Origin: a virus
Taxonomy: Duplodnaviria > Caudoviricetes
Virus record (IMG/VR): IMGVR_UViG_3300021400_001324
Coordinates: 1 to 64,000 of that record
Strand: one strand, 5' to 3'
DNA length: 64,000 nucleotides
The notes under the pieces were generated by a model. It made no database searches. It saw only the letters and a program-made list of their open reading frames with translations, and was not told where the DNA came from. Shown here in pieces: positions 46,474 to 56,088 of the stretch. Within the stretch, counting starts at the first letter, position 1; every line of letters begins with the position of its first letter. The position numbers were made by a program, and so were the translations under genes.

Positions 46474-46999
46474 ATTATTTTAAGCTTAAAATTTTTACGT
46501 TTCCTATATTAATATATTATTATATAAATTTATATATAATATAGTATATAAACTACTGAATATAAAAGTATTGAAATATATAAAACTGAGATATATTCAA
46601 AGTCTAAAAAATACCCCCGTAGGTAAATATATAAAAATTAAAGTTCTGAAAATAGACCCCCGGGTGGTATACTTAAAGAAGGTGTTTTTAAAATAGAGTT
46701 AAATATAAAAATAGAGTATATTGTGAGGGAGGGGGGATACTATATCCGAAGACCCCTTCGGCGTCTTCGGAGGAAAACTAGTCCTATATATATGATATAC
46801 TCAACCTAAGCGTAACAACGCGTAGCGTGCGGGAACGGCAAAGGTCGTTCGGTAACGTTGCGGTTCGGTTGCGTGACGCAATTTTTGCGAGCATTTTTGC
46901 GAGCATTTTTGTGACTATGGTTTAAAATCATAGTGGCAATTATGTTAGCAATTTTGCAAACGAAATTGTGTGTTTATTTATCTTTAATTTCATAGTAAT
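46474..46999. other. Divergent intergenic region (strand switch, possible genome-end or origin region)
   Basis: Very AT-rich stretch, two AAATA(G)ACCCCCG-like motifs, hairpin tccgaagac-cccttcggc-gtcttcgga, then GC-rich sequence with tandem atttttgcgagc. Confidence 0.5.
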
Positions 47000-47566
47000 A
47001 TGGTAATTGAAGATAGCACTTTGGTTTCTCTTTACGGCAAAGATTTTGCCGATAAGGAAAAATCAAGTGAGGACTGCCAAAAGTCGGCTTCCAAAAAGTC
47101 GCCCCGGGTAAATGTTCCCGACGGTGCGGAAATTGTGTTTCCTGACACAATCCGCATTTTTACGGAAACAAGTAACAATGCGGCGACAAAGAAGGTGTTT
47201 TCTTTTGAAACATTCCCGTGCAAAATGAACGGGATTGACTTTAAGTTCCCTGTTGGGTGGCTCGAGAAAACGGGTTACTCAATCGTAGCCTTTGGTGCAA
47301 CAGCCAAAGAGTGCGAAGAGGACTTTAAGGAAAACACTGACCTGGAGCCGATTGAGGGTCAAACTTCAGCCTGCCAAGGTAACATCGTAGATATGTGGCA
47401 AAATGCTGCAAATCAGGATGAAGCCAAATCGGCAATTGCAGGAAAAACCTGCATTGCTCATATTGTGGGCTGGATTATGACCAAGTGGGACGAATACCCC
47501 AAGCCGTTGTTGGAGTTCACCGAAAAGGTGACCACGCCAGCAAGGGGTCGTCGTGCTTCCAAGTAG
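47000..47566 (+). CDS. Early acidic protein, paralog 1; ends in TAG
   Basis: Intact 188 aa, GC-richer codons; TAG at 47564-47566. Confidence 0.75.
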   Translation: MVIEDSTLVSLYGKDFADKEKSSEDCQKSASKKSPRVNVPDGAEIVFPDTIRIFTETSNNAATKKVFSFETFPCKMNGIDFKFPVGWLEKTGYSIVAFGATAKECEEDFKENTDLEPIEGQTSACQGNIVDMWQNAANQDEAKSAIAGKTCIAHIVGWIMTKWDEYPKPLLEFTEKVTTPARGRRASK

Positions 47567-47756
47567 TCCCGTTTTACCTTTTAGCGGTGCGTTTTAGAAA
47601 CGACTAGAGAAACGACCGCGGTCACTCACTGACCAACTGGCAAGGTTGTTGCACCAATCCGCAGGTGCGCGAACAATATCAATATGCAGTGAAATAGGTT
47701 TGTCGTGGTGGTGTACCTACTAGTAAACACCACCACATTTTTTAAATTATTAAAAA

Positions 47757-48086
47757 ATGGCTAAAGTGAATTACAAACACGAGTACGCTAATTTGCGTGA
47801 AGATGCGCTAAGTGCGCTGAGTTGCGAGTTTGATAGCGTAACTCTATGTGAAATCCCTAAACAAAAGAAAGTAAGACTTTTACCTGTTGAGGGCGAAATA
47901 GTAATCTTTTGTGGTTACCGATTGGTTGAGAGAAATAATTTCTCGTGGTCGGGTGGATTGTTTGCAAGTCAGTCAATCCCCAATTCATACATATTTATCT
48001 CAATGGGAAAATTGATACAACCACTAGATGAATGTCAGAAATACACGTGTTTAGTTTCCAATAAGAAAGTAGTTGTTTTCGAGTAG
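47757..48086 (+). CDS. Early hypothetical protein; ends in TAG
   Basis: 109-aa ORF followed by a terminator hairpin (atcccttcacacta...tagtgtggagggat-tttt). Confidence 0.6.
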   Translation: MAKVNYKHEYANLREDALSALSCEFDSVTLCEIPKQKKVRLLPVEGEIVIFCGYRLVERNNFSWSGGLFASQSIPNSYIFISMGKLIQPLDECQKYTCLVSNKKVVVFE

Positions 48087-48341
48087 CCCGTGTTTTAATC
48101 CCTTCACACTATTTTGTCGGTGGATAGTGTGGAGGGATTTTTTATTTTGATTTATTAAACCTAAACGTACCCAAATTTATAAGTAGACCAAACTAGCCCT
48201 AAGTGTAAATAAACTAGCCCTAGGTGTATGACATACGTATTTTGTGGCAGGTTAACCTGGGACTGACCTGTCACTATGTATGTGATACACATTTGTATTA
48301 CAACATACATTAGTGTCCCAGACCATAAAAAAATTATTATT

Positions 48342-48923
48342 ATGGTAGAACAAGAGGTAAATGCGTTGGTTTCCTTGTATGGAAACGATTGGCAGGAGAA
48401 ACAAAAGGACGCGTCCGCTATGTCGTCAACATCGTCTAAGCGGACTCCAGGTGGTGGTCTCAGAGATGGGGATCACCTCGTCTTTTTCGAGGAGTTTTCC
48501 ATTATGGAGGACTCCTTCATGAACGGAAAGACTCCTCAACCGTATGAGTCTTTCCCCGTTTTCAAGAACGGAAATGCCGCCAAATTATCCGTTGGCGCAT
48601 TAGCGAATGTCGGTTATAGCTGCTTCTTGGCGGACTCCGAAGAGGAGGTCGCGAAGGCTATTGCAGCTCGCGACGCAGGCGAGAATATTACTGACAACGG
48701 GGTTAGCGGTAACGTTGGCTCTGTAGTTGAGGACTGGCAGGCTGCTGGAACTCAGCAACAGGCCATTGAAGCCGTTGCAGGCGGCTCGGCAGTTGTAAAA
48801 CTCGCAGGCTACTATGCCTGCAGTTGGGATGCAGAACCTCGTAAGAGGTGGTCTATCGATTGGGTAGAAGATGAGCCCAAGCCTGCACCCAAGCCTGCAC
48901 CCAGAAACCGTCGTGGCAAATAA
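48342..48923 (+). CDS. Early acidic protein, paralog 2 (start moved to 48342)
   Basis: MVEQEVNALVSLYGNDW..., similar to 47000..47566. Confidence 0.75.
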   Translation: MVEQEVNALVSLYGNDWQEKQKDASAMSSTSSKRTPGGGLRDGDHLVFFEEFSIMEDSFMNGKTPQPYESFPVFKNGNAAKLSVGALANVGYSCFLADSEEEVAKAIAARDAGENITDNGVSGNVGSVVEDWQAAGTQQQAIEAVAGGSAVVKLAGYYACSWDAEPRKRWSIDWVEDEPKPAPKPAPRNRRGK

Positions 48924-49432
48924 TCTGAATGGTTACTTTGCTAGGTAAGTTTAAGAGGGGCTTCGTCTGGATGGACGGAGTCCCTTTTAAGATTGCTAAA
49001 GGTCGCGTGGATCCAGCTGATGAGGGCAGAACTCTCGCCCTCTTATGCCTACATTCAACTATTGGGTATTTAGTTATCAGGTATCTGGTAGTTGAATAAC
49101 CATAACAACTAACCTACATTTTTCAAATTTTCGAGGGTTAGTTATGAATAAGAGAAAATTTTGTTTCCAAAGTCGGTACAGGGACTAAGGAGTAAAAACA
49201 GAAAGAAGTCCCAAGTGGATGAGCGCTCTGTACGCTGTACGATCAATTCAAGATGTAGCACTGAAGTGAGTAAGTGTGATGAATTTGTATCGGTAAAACT
49301 ATGGCAACATAGTAGATGTGATCCTTGCAGCAAGGACGTGAGAAGGATAGAGAAGATCACTTATGCTCCAACTCTCTATCTACGTGATAATGGACATCGC
49401 TTCTACGAGAGCATCGTGTTAAGGAAGCTTTT

Positions 49433-49506
49433 GGTCTTGTGGCGCAATTGGTCAGCGCGTCTGTCTTATACACAGTAGGTTGTAGGTTCAAGTCCTACCA
49501 AGACCA
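49433..49506 (+). tRNA. tRNA-Ile(UAU)
   Basis: GGTCTTG...CT-TAT-AC...GTAGG TTCAAGT CCTAC CAAGACC A cloverleaf. Confidence 0.85.
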
Positions 49507-49535
49507 CTTTTTATCAACCTTTAAACTTCAAAATT

Positions 49536-49817
49536 ATGCAGGAAATAACTCTAGTAACACCGACTTTTGGAGCAATCAATGTTGTACCAAAATTTCTTGA
49601 TTACGATCCGAATACATTAATTATTGGGGATAAGGTAATGAACCTTGAACCGATATTACCGGATGATATCAATTTATCAGAATTAGATGACTTTCATATC
49701 ATTATCTGGGATGGCATGCATGCAAAAATCGAAGTAGTGATCAATCCAAATACTTATGTAGGCGAATTTGATGTTATGCCAGGAAATTATCAACGCCAGT
49801 TTGTTAATCCAATTTAA
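49536..49817 (+). CDS. Hypothetical protein
   Basis: Intact 93 aa, AT-rich leader, followed by a terminator. Confidence 0.6.
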   Translation: MQEITLVTPTFGAINVVPKFLDYDPNTLIIGDKVMNLEPILPDDINLSELDDFHIIIWDGMHAKIEVVINPNTYVGEFDVMPGNYQRQFVNPI

Positions 49818-49823
49818 CTTTAA

Positions 49824-49856
49824 CACCTTGCCCAGTGGTGTGAACTGGGCATTTTT
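49824..49856 (+). terminator. Terminator hairpin, near-duplicate at 50206..50236
   Basis: TGCCCAGT-GGTGTGA-ACTGGGCA-TTTTTT versus TGCCGAGT-GCTGTGA-ACTCGGCA-TTT (compensatory change). Confidence 0.7.
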
Positions 49857-49883
49857 TCTATTAACCTTTAACAACAACAGAAA

Positions 49884-50204
49884 ATGATTATTTCAGAAAA
49901 CTTAAATACTCACAAGATTATAATATCTTGTGAAGAAGATCTGCTGACTTTACATTACTTTGTAGAATTAGCAGATAAATATCTGTCCGCAATGAGTTTC
50001 CCAAATCCAACTTCTTTATACAAAGAAGAAGACATCGTAATGGGGGAAAAAGCTTATAAATTCATACCAAAAATCGTTTCAGTAAATGGACTCGCAGGAT
50101 ACGTTGTCCTTGAAGATGGTACAATTCGTTGTACTAACAAAGCATCTTCTTGGATAGCACAATTTGATGAATGCTTTGAATCAGAAATGTATTTCATCCC
50201 TTAA
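49884..50204 (+). CDS. Hypothetical protein
   Basis: Intact 106 aa. Confidence 0.6.
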   Translation: MIISENLNTHKIIISCEEDLLTLHYFVELADKYLSAMSFPNPTSLYKEEDIVMGEKAYKFIPKIVSVNGLAGYVVLEDGTIRCTNKASSWIAQFDECFESEMYFIP

Positions 50205-50257
50205 ACAGCTTGCCGAGTGCTGTGAACTCGGCATTTATGTATTTTTTATTTAGTTAA

Positions 50258-51215
50258 AGGTTGGCCTCAACCTTGGCGGGAATCAAGATTCATTATATAG
50301 TGAATCTCCTTGCCTAAATTAAGTGGCATAACCTTGTCGGTTGAATTTTGGAATAAAACCGTCTTACTCGTCACCGTGATCCCTATTGACGTACGAGGAC
50401 ATTAAAAGCTAGGGTGACCCGATATAAGTATTAGAGTGTCGGAATTGTTAGTGGTAGACCTCACTAAAAGTGACTTAAACAACAATATCATTTGATATTG
50501 GAGGGAGAAAAGTATCTAGTTTCCTGGGTTTCTAAATGGAAAGGATACTCCCTTGTTTAAGTTGCCGTACGCGTTTGTCAGTAGCGCATTTTAAATAACT
50601 GTCATTTAAAAATTATGTGTGTAGTAAGTCGAAACCCAGGTAGTAGAAGGTACTAAGAAGATTCCTAATCCTATTAACTTGATAGGTAGTTATGCTGTGT
50701 ATGATCGCTCAATAACATCGGCGGTCTACTTCGGAACTTTGAGTTTGTTGCAGCATCTCAGAGTTCAGCATAATTAGTCTGCGATCGCTGCAACGATCGT
50801 AAGACGAAGCGTTCCCCACTAGGTGGAGAGAAGTCTCTGCATCGCGACTAGTGGGATACTGCGATCCCGAGAGCAGTATAAAGAAGACGGATGTCCGAGT
50901 GATCCACGCGAGGACGTAATGTACGGTGGACAAAGGATGCAGCGCCAAGGGCATCTACAGTTCCGTGATTGGGCTAGTCGGAACATTTTTAAACATTCTT
51001 CACGAGTTGGAGAATGTCTCTAATGCAGCCATTCTTCGGAATGAGAGTCACAAGCCTCTATAAATTGCAGAGTGGAGAAAGAGAGATAAAACAGGACTAA
51101 GCTACGAAGGGTTCGACACCCACTAGTGAATATCGTTATGCAGATATCTATAGCACTGTCTGTATAAAATAGCTATTAGGATATCCCTGGATTCGGAGAA
51201 ATCTCTCTCTTTTAA
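50258..51215 (+). ncRNA. Large ornate structured ncRNA (unassigned)
   Basis: No credible ORF; many hairpins plus long-range pairs GTAGACC 50454/GGTCTAC 50723, CCTGGGTTTC 50523/GAAACCCAGG 50631, ACTAGTGGG 50847/CCCACTAGT 51119; boundaries approximate. Confidence 0.7.
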
Positions 51216-52006
51216 ACAAATTTAATAGTGCTGAAAGACCGAGGCAAGTGTAAGATGGAATAGGGCTTACGAATGGTTCAAACAGAAGCAAGAGAACAGT
51301 CAGCACGGTTTAGGTAGAAGGTACCTGTATGTTCCTAACCCTGTTAGTATAAGTTGTATTAGCAGGTATAAGTTCTGAATATCTGACAGGACGGATTTGT
51401 GCAGAAATAGTCAAGAACGCACCATAAACATTACTTGACTAACCAACCTAAAGAAAATTAATTAGGTCGTAGTATTCTACGTTTGGTTGGTTTTGGGAGT
51501 TTATAAACCCATGTAAAACCTATTTTTTTATTTAATGGTGCTGAAAGAGTAAGACAAGAGAACAGTCAGCACGGTTTAAAAAAACTCAATAACTTCCCAA
51601 GTCGTTGAGGGCACCAGTTTCTTATCTAATTAAAACGTGATAGGTGGATTAAGTAGGCAACTACGGTTGTGCGAACCATTATCAGACAGTCTTTAGATAA
51701 GTTTTAGGTGTAAAACGCGTATATGAAACATTCATTAGTACTAGAGCCTTCCCTAATAAGGAAGAGCGTGTGAGAGATGAATGTGGATAAGTCGAGTAGC
51801 TTAAGTCTCACCTCGATCATCTTTTTTAGTTTTGCTTGTTTTCTACAAATAAGCTACCAGGAGGCCTCGTCAAAGGCAACAAACTGGAAAGACTGCATGC
51901 GAAGCAAGAAAGGTTGACTGCCTATTATTGAAGCCCCTAAATTGCAGCACGATACAGGGTTTGTAAGGTTACCGTATCATTTTTGTAAACTTTAAAAAGT
52001 CAATAT

Positions 52007-52201
52007 ATGAGAAAACTTTTATTCGTAAGCAGCATGAGCTGCTTAATGGCAAGCCAGATTGTATTCTGGTTTGTTGCTGTCCTAAATATGTTAGTAAGAC
52101 AGCCTTACGATACACCGCTTTGCATAAGTGGTGTATTTGCGATTCTAACTGTTGTATTAGGATTAATAAGTCAAATAAATAATCCTAGTATAAAAAAATA
52201 A
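52007..52201 (+). CDS. Small membrane protein
   Basis: Two hydrophobic segments. Confidence 0.55.
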   Translation: MRKLLFVSSMSCLMASQIVFWFVAVLNMLVRQPYDTPLCISGVFAILTVVLGLISQINNPSIKK

Positions 52202-52221
52202 TACCGAAGATAGAATTTTTC

Positions 52222-52470
52222 ATGACAAAAAAGAAATGGCGTAAAAAAGAATTCAAGAGATTGGTATCTCTTGGATGGCCACGATATGTAGCTTCAAGAA
52301 TAGTTAGAGGTAAAACTTTAGCTTCCCTAGGTTACAAAAACTTGGATGATCTTACATTAGATCGTCAAACGTACTACAATAGTGAATTTAACACTATTGT
52401 CTATATTTTTCAAGATGAAACTTGGAAACAAGTAGAGGCTACAAAACCTTTACATTATTATTACGATTAA
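52222..52470 (+). CDS. Hypothetical basic protein
   Basis: Intact 82 aa. Confidence 0.5.
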   Translation: MTKKKWRKKEFKRLVSLGWPRYVASRIVRGKTLASLGYKNLDDLTLDRQTYYNSEFNTIVYIFQDETWKQVEATKPLHYYYD

Positions 52471-52487
52471 CTTTTAAATTAAACAAT

Positions 52488-52931
52488 ATGACACCGAACA
52501 TTAAGAAAACTGAAGCAGGAGTATCTGTACAAATTGTGCTCCCGTTCCGTGAGGGGAATAGTGTTCCCAAGCTGAGAGAGGCACCAAAATATCAGTGCCT
52601 CAAAGACAATAAGGAAGCACTGATCAGAGCTGTTAAGGCACGCATGCAAGCATGTTACGATAGCCTTGTAGAAGGAATGGATAACATCGTTTATAATGAT
52701 GGTATGTCTATTCACTACAAAGTTGATGGAAGTTATTCTTACTTTAATCTTCCAAGCTGGGAGGTTATGGAGAAGCTTCTCAAAGCACTTGAGGAAGATG
52801 CTTACTATAACTGGGACATTCCAATGTATGAGCAACTTCTCAAATCAGTTGTTCTGCATTTTGATGCTACTTACAAGAACTATGATAAGATGGTTTGTTA
52901 TTTAATTAACCATCTTGCGGTTCAAGGTTGA
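52488..52931 (+). CDS. Hypothetical protein (start moved to 52488)
   Basis: MTPNIKKTEAGVSV... after an AT-rich leader. Confidence 0.65.
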   Translation: MTPNIKKTEAGVSVQIVLPFREGNSVPKLREAPKYQCLKDNKEALIRAVKARMQACYDSLVEGMDNIVYNDGMSIHYKVDGSYSYFNLPSWEVMEKLLKALEEDAYYNWDIPMYEQLLKSVVLHFDATYKNYDKMVCYLINHLAVQG

Positions 52932-52956
52932 AATCCCTGGCTCGTTAAGAGCCAAA

Positions 52957-53014
52957 ATCTCTGACAAGTCTAGACCTTCACGTGGGTCAGAGGTCGCATT
53001 AGCGCATACTAGAC
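52957..53014 (+). ncRNA. Minimal HDV/CPEB3-like self-cleaving ribozyme fold
   Basis: P1 CTCTGAC/GTCAGAG, P2 GTCTAG/CTAGAC, L3 TTCACGT, P4 CGC-ATTA-GCG, putative catalytic C at 53005. Confidence 0.65.
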
Positions 53015-53254
53015 ATTGCTCTTTTATCTTTTCTATGCTGCGAAGAATAGTAACAGCCGCTTAAGTAAAAGGTTGAATTGCCAGATATAAATAACTGGAA
53101 CCCATAAATAGAGAGATTCGTTCAACTTCAGAATTGAATGTTATGCCTATAGCGAATTAGAATTTTTCATTTTGAAATAATTTTAGATTAATCATTGAAA
53201 GAATCTCTCTATTTTTCTTACCTTAAATAAATCCTGGGTAAGCAGGTAAATACT

Positions 53255-53524
53255 ATGCGTAAGTATAGCCGTATTAACAAAAATCGCAAGTCGGGTATTA
53301 ACCGCTCCAACCTCCGTATGAAAAAGGAACGCAAAGTTCGTGCTTTTTCATTTGCGGGTGTCAAATTAGACATCCGACTGAACAACCGTGGTGGCATCGT
53401 AGATGTTCAGCCACGTGTTGGCGATCTTTTCAATAAGATCGCAGGTCGTCAATGGGGGTTGTCAGATGTTAAGAACATCCTTCGTGATGAGTGTATCGAA
53501 TTTGCTAACTCAAATAAAGAGTAA
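53255..53524 (+). CDS. Basic hypothetical protein
   Basis: Intact 89 aa. Confidence 0.65.
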   Translation: MRKYSRINKNRKSGINRSNLRMKKERKVRAFSFAGVKLDIRLNNRGGIVDVQPRVGDLFNKIAGRQWGLSDVKNILRDECIEFANSNKE

Positions 53525-53529
53525 CAACT

Positions 53530-53892
53530 ATGGCACGAGTTGATTACAGCAAGTTTGATTACAAACAGGCCTGTGCTAAATTCAATATGGTGCGTATGCA
53601 CTATATTGGAAAGGCAGTACAGAAGGCAGAAATCAAACAAGCCATTCTTACTTCAGGTTTAGGATGGCATTCTATCCTATTAACGATCTTAATTAATCAC
53701 AAATGTGTGATTAAAGAAGGTCGTGGTCGTGCTTGTAAGTTGTTCTTCACAAAAGAACCACTCCACTTTACACAGCTCTACGATGCTCACAAAGAGTATC
53801 TGAGAGTTAGAAGAGAAATGAAGAAAGAAGCTAAACCTGTTCAAAAGGAAACTAAGAAGATTTCCTATTGGACATCAACCACGACTTGGTGA
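53530..53892 (+). CDS. Hypothetical protein
   Basis: Intact 120 aa. Confidence 0.65.
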   Translation: MARVDYSKFDYKQACAKFNMVRMHYIGKAVQKAEIKQAILTSGLGWHSILLTILINHKCVIKEGRGRACKLFFTKEPLHFTQLYDAHKEYLRVRREMKKEAKPVQKETKKISYWTSTTTW

Positions 53893-54056
53893 TGAACAAG
53901 GACCTTTTAAAGGTAATTGGAGGGCTTGCTTTTATAGTAAGCCTTCCAGTTACTATCATTCTAATTGCAGCTCCTAATAAAATTTGGGAGGCGATTATTC
54001 CATCTCTAATAATACTAGCGAGTTCTTTTTACGTTTTCTTAATAAAAAAAGATTAA
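53892..54056 (+). CDS. Small membrane protein
   Basis: MNKDLLKVIGGLAF...; two transmembrane segments. Confidence 0.5.
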   Translation: MNKDLLKVIGGLAFIVSLPVTIILIAAPNKIWEAIIPSLIILASSFYVFLIKKD

Positions 54057-54058
54057 TT

Positions 54059-54334
54059 ATGAATTATTATATTATGATTTTGTCATCAGACGATAAGTAT
54101 GATGAAATGGCAGATGAGATACTGAAACTGTTTGGTACATTGCACATTTTTTTGCGCAATGATATCAAGACAATCGAGATCAAGAATCACGAACTAGATC
54201 AGTCTATCTATGAAAAGCTGACTGAGATCACAAGGGATCTTGACGCAACAGCGTTCATGTTTAAAGCTGATCCTAACCAGCTTGAAGAAATGTGTACTTC
54301 AGAAGTTGAAACAATTCCGACTCTCAGTTGGTGA
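54059..54334 (+). CDS. Hypothetical protein (start moved to 54059)
   Basis: MNYYIMILSSDDKYDEM... Confidence 0.6.
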   Translation: MNYYIMILSSDDKYDEMADEILKLFGTLHIFLRNDIKTIEIKNHELDQSIYEKLTEITRDLDATAFMFKADPNQLEEMCTSEVETIPTLSW

Positions 54335-54476
54335 TGGAAACGTTCATCTTCTGGCTTTGTGAACAGCCGTCTTGGAGTATTCCTCTGATTCTTATCGGAG
54401 GAATGCTTCTTTCTGCTTGTATTATTACAAGTATCGCTGACTTAATAGAATTTTATAGATTTAAAAACTTTAAGAA

Positions 54477-54737
54477 ATGAAGTACCATATCAAATTCAAT
54501 GGTGGTAATGATGAAATGCTCATCATTAGTGATGAAGCATTTTACGGTTTCATCCGTGTAGCCGTTCAGCACAATCGTGATGTTACAGATTTCCACGTAA
54601 AAGCGTATCGTAATGAAATTCCATTGTATAAGACTGAATACAACGGACAAGTTCACTACTACACGTTTGAAGACTTTATGAAGTTCTTCGCGTATGAAGG
54701 AGGACAGTATCCTGACTTAAAAATGAAAATTGTATGA
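54477..54737 (+). CDS. Hypothetical protein
   Basis: Intact 86 aa. Confidence 0.6.
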   Translation: MKYHIKFNGGNDEMLIISDEAFYGFIRVAVQHNRDVTDFHVKAYRNEIPLYKTEYNGQVHYYTFEDFMKFFAYEGGQYPDLKMKIV

Positions 54738-55132
54738 ACTGTAAAGTTTGCGGATCAGAAATAGACCACGAAACATACAGTTGTGGTCCACAAATGATAG
54801 AACGTCAACTCTGCTTCACTTGTAATTTCTGGCGAGATCAGCTTGAAGCTGATAAGTTGCGTGGTGATTACAAGTGGGCAGTGATTGACGGTGGTCATTA
54901 TGTCATTGCTTCCGAAAACGAAAAAACCAGATTCAGAGGTTTTGATGGACAAAAATTTATCATTATCTTTGAAGATGGAACTATTGTTAGAACTACTAAT
55001 CTTTGGTTTCAGGGACATATCCCTGAAGAATGGAAATCTCAATTTCCTGACAATGCTGTTTTTGCTGACAATCGAAAATGGCAAAAGATTGGAGATTGTG
55101 AGTATCTTGCTCCGTCTATCTCGACGACATAG
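54734..55132 (+). CDS. Conserved phage protein with CxxC motifs; ends in TAG
   Basis: MNCKVCG...LCFTCNFW...TTNLWFQGHIP; TAG at 55130-55132. Confidence 0.7.
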   Translation: MNCKVCGSEIDHETYSCGPQMIERQLCFTCNFWRDQLEADKLRGDYKWAVIDGGHYVIASENEKTRFRGFDGQKFIIIFEDGTIVRTTNLWFQGHIPEEWKSQFPDNAVFADNRKWQKIGDCEYLAPSISTT

Positions 55133-55416
55133 AGAGGCTTTCGTAGGGCTGAAGTTACCATCCGTACAATGGTTAAACCTTACCTAGAAGCACAATAGGT
55201 ATTGTGTGATGAGAGGGCACCTTCTTATCTGAAAGAAAATGGTGACGAGGCAGCTGACAATTTGCAATACGCAGCTGTGACATAGATCTGTTATAAGCCT
55301 CCAATCGTGAGCAGATTGTGCTACTTAACAATCTATAATGAGTGTAACTTGCAAAACTCTGTAAAAACTTCCGCAAGTAGGTTGCCGACATCCCTAAGAG
55401 ATAATTGTCGGTACAA

Positions 55417-55487
55417 TGAGATTTGGTGTAATGGCAGCACACAACATTTTGGATGTTGTAGTATAGGTTCGAATCCTGTAATCTCAA
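55417..55487 (+). tRNA. tRNA-Gln(UUG)
   Basis: TGAGATT...CAACA TT-TTG-GA TGTTG...ATAGG TTCGAAT CCTGT AATCTCA A. Confidence 0.9.
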
Positions 55488-55567
55488 CTCGTTTGTCATG
55501 ATGTTTAAAGGTTAACGGCAGCTGTGCCTGCTGAACTCTGGGAAGATAGTAAGCTAAAACAGCACTC

Positions 55568-55640
55568 CGAGAATGTAGTGTAATCCGGTAACACGCCACA
55601 TTTGGGATGTGGAAATGCCGTTCAAATCGGACATTCTCGA
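55568..55640 (+). tRNA. tRNA-Pro(UGG), weak T-stem
   Basis: CGAGAAT...CCACA TT-TGG-GA TGTGG...ATTCTCG A. Confidence 0.8.
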
Positions 55641-55770
55641 CTTTATAGTCGATAAAACAGATTTGTTTGTGTGTCAGACCCATGTCTGATTGTTTTTGGG
55701 TTTTAATTACCGAAAGTATGTGAATATAAGTAGGTAATTTTTATTTGTTTAATCATTAAAACTCTATAAT

Positions 55771-56088
55771 ATGAATATGCAATTTATTCAAGAACGCATT
55801 AAAGAAATGACTGTTCCAGATCTTAAACTGGACATCACCTACGCAATCATTTATCCAACAATCGATAAGATCAAATTCTGTAATCGTTCTGAAATGATTG
55901 CAGAACTAGGCATTCTTAAAGATTGTGATATTGATCATATGGAAATTATTCTGGTAAATAAGCATATGTCAATAGAATCGGCATTACATATTGCCAGACA
56001 CTTTGATTTGGAGTATGAAGTAATGTATGACATTACTGCTAATGATATGACTCCTTATCAAGCACTTCAAGAGTGGGATATTATTTAA
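55771..56088 (+). CDS. Hypothetical protein
   Basis: Intact 105 aa. Confidence 0.6.
   Translation: MNMQFIQERIKEMTVPDLKLDITYAIIYPTIDKIKFCNRSEMIAELGILKDCDIDHMEIILVNKHMSIESALHIARHFDLEYEVMYDITANDMTPYQALQEWDII

Noticed and set aside
50258-52000. RNase P, group II intron or rRNA assignment for the non-coding region
   Set aside because: No RNase P P4 signature, no group II domain V and no rRNA motifs were recognised
55495-55567. Ribozyme call for the tRNA-Gln/tRNA-Pro spacer
   Set aside because: Some pairing (GCTGT/ACAGC) but no fit to hammerhead, twister, pistol or HDV consensus by eye
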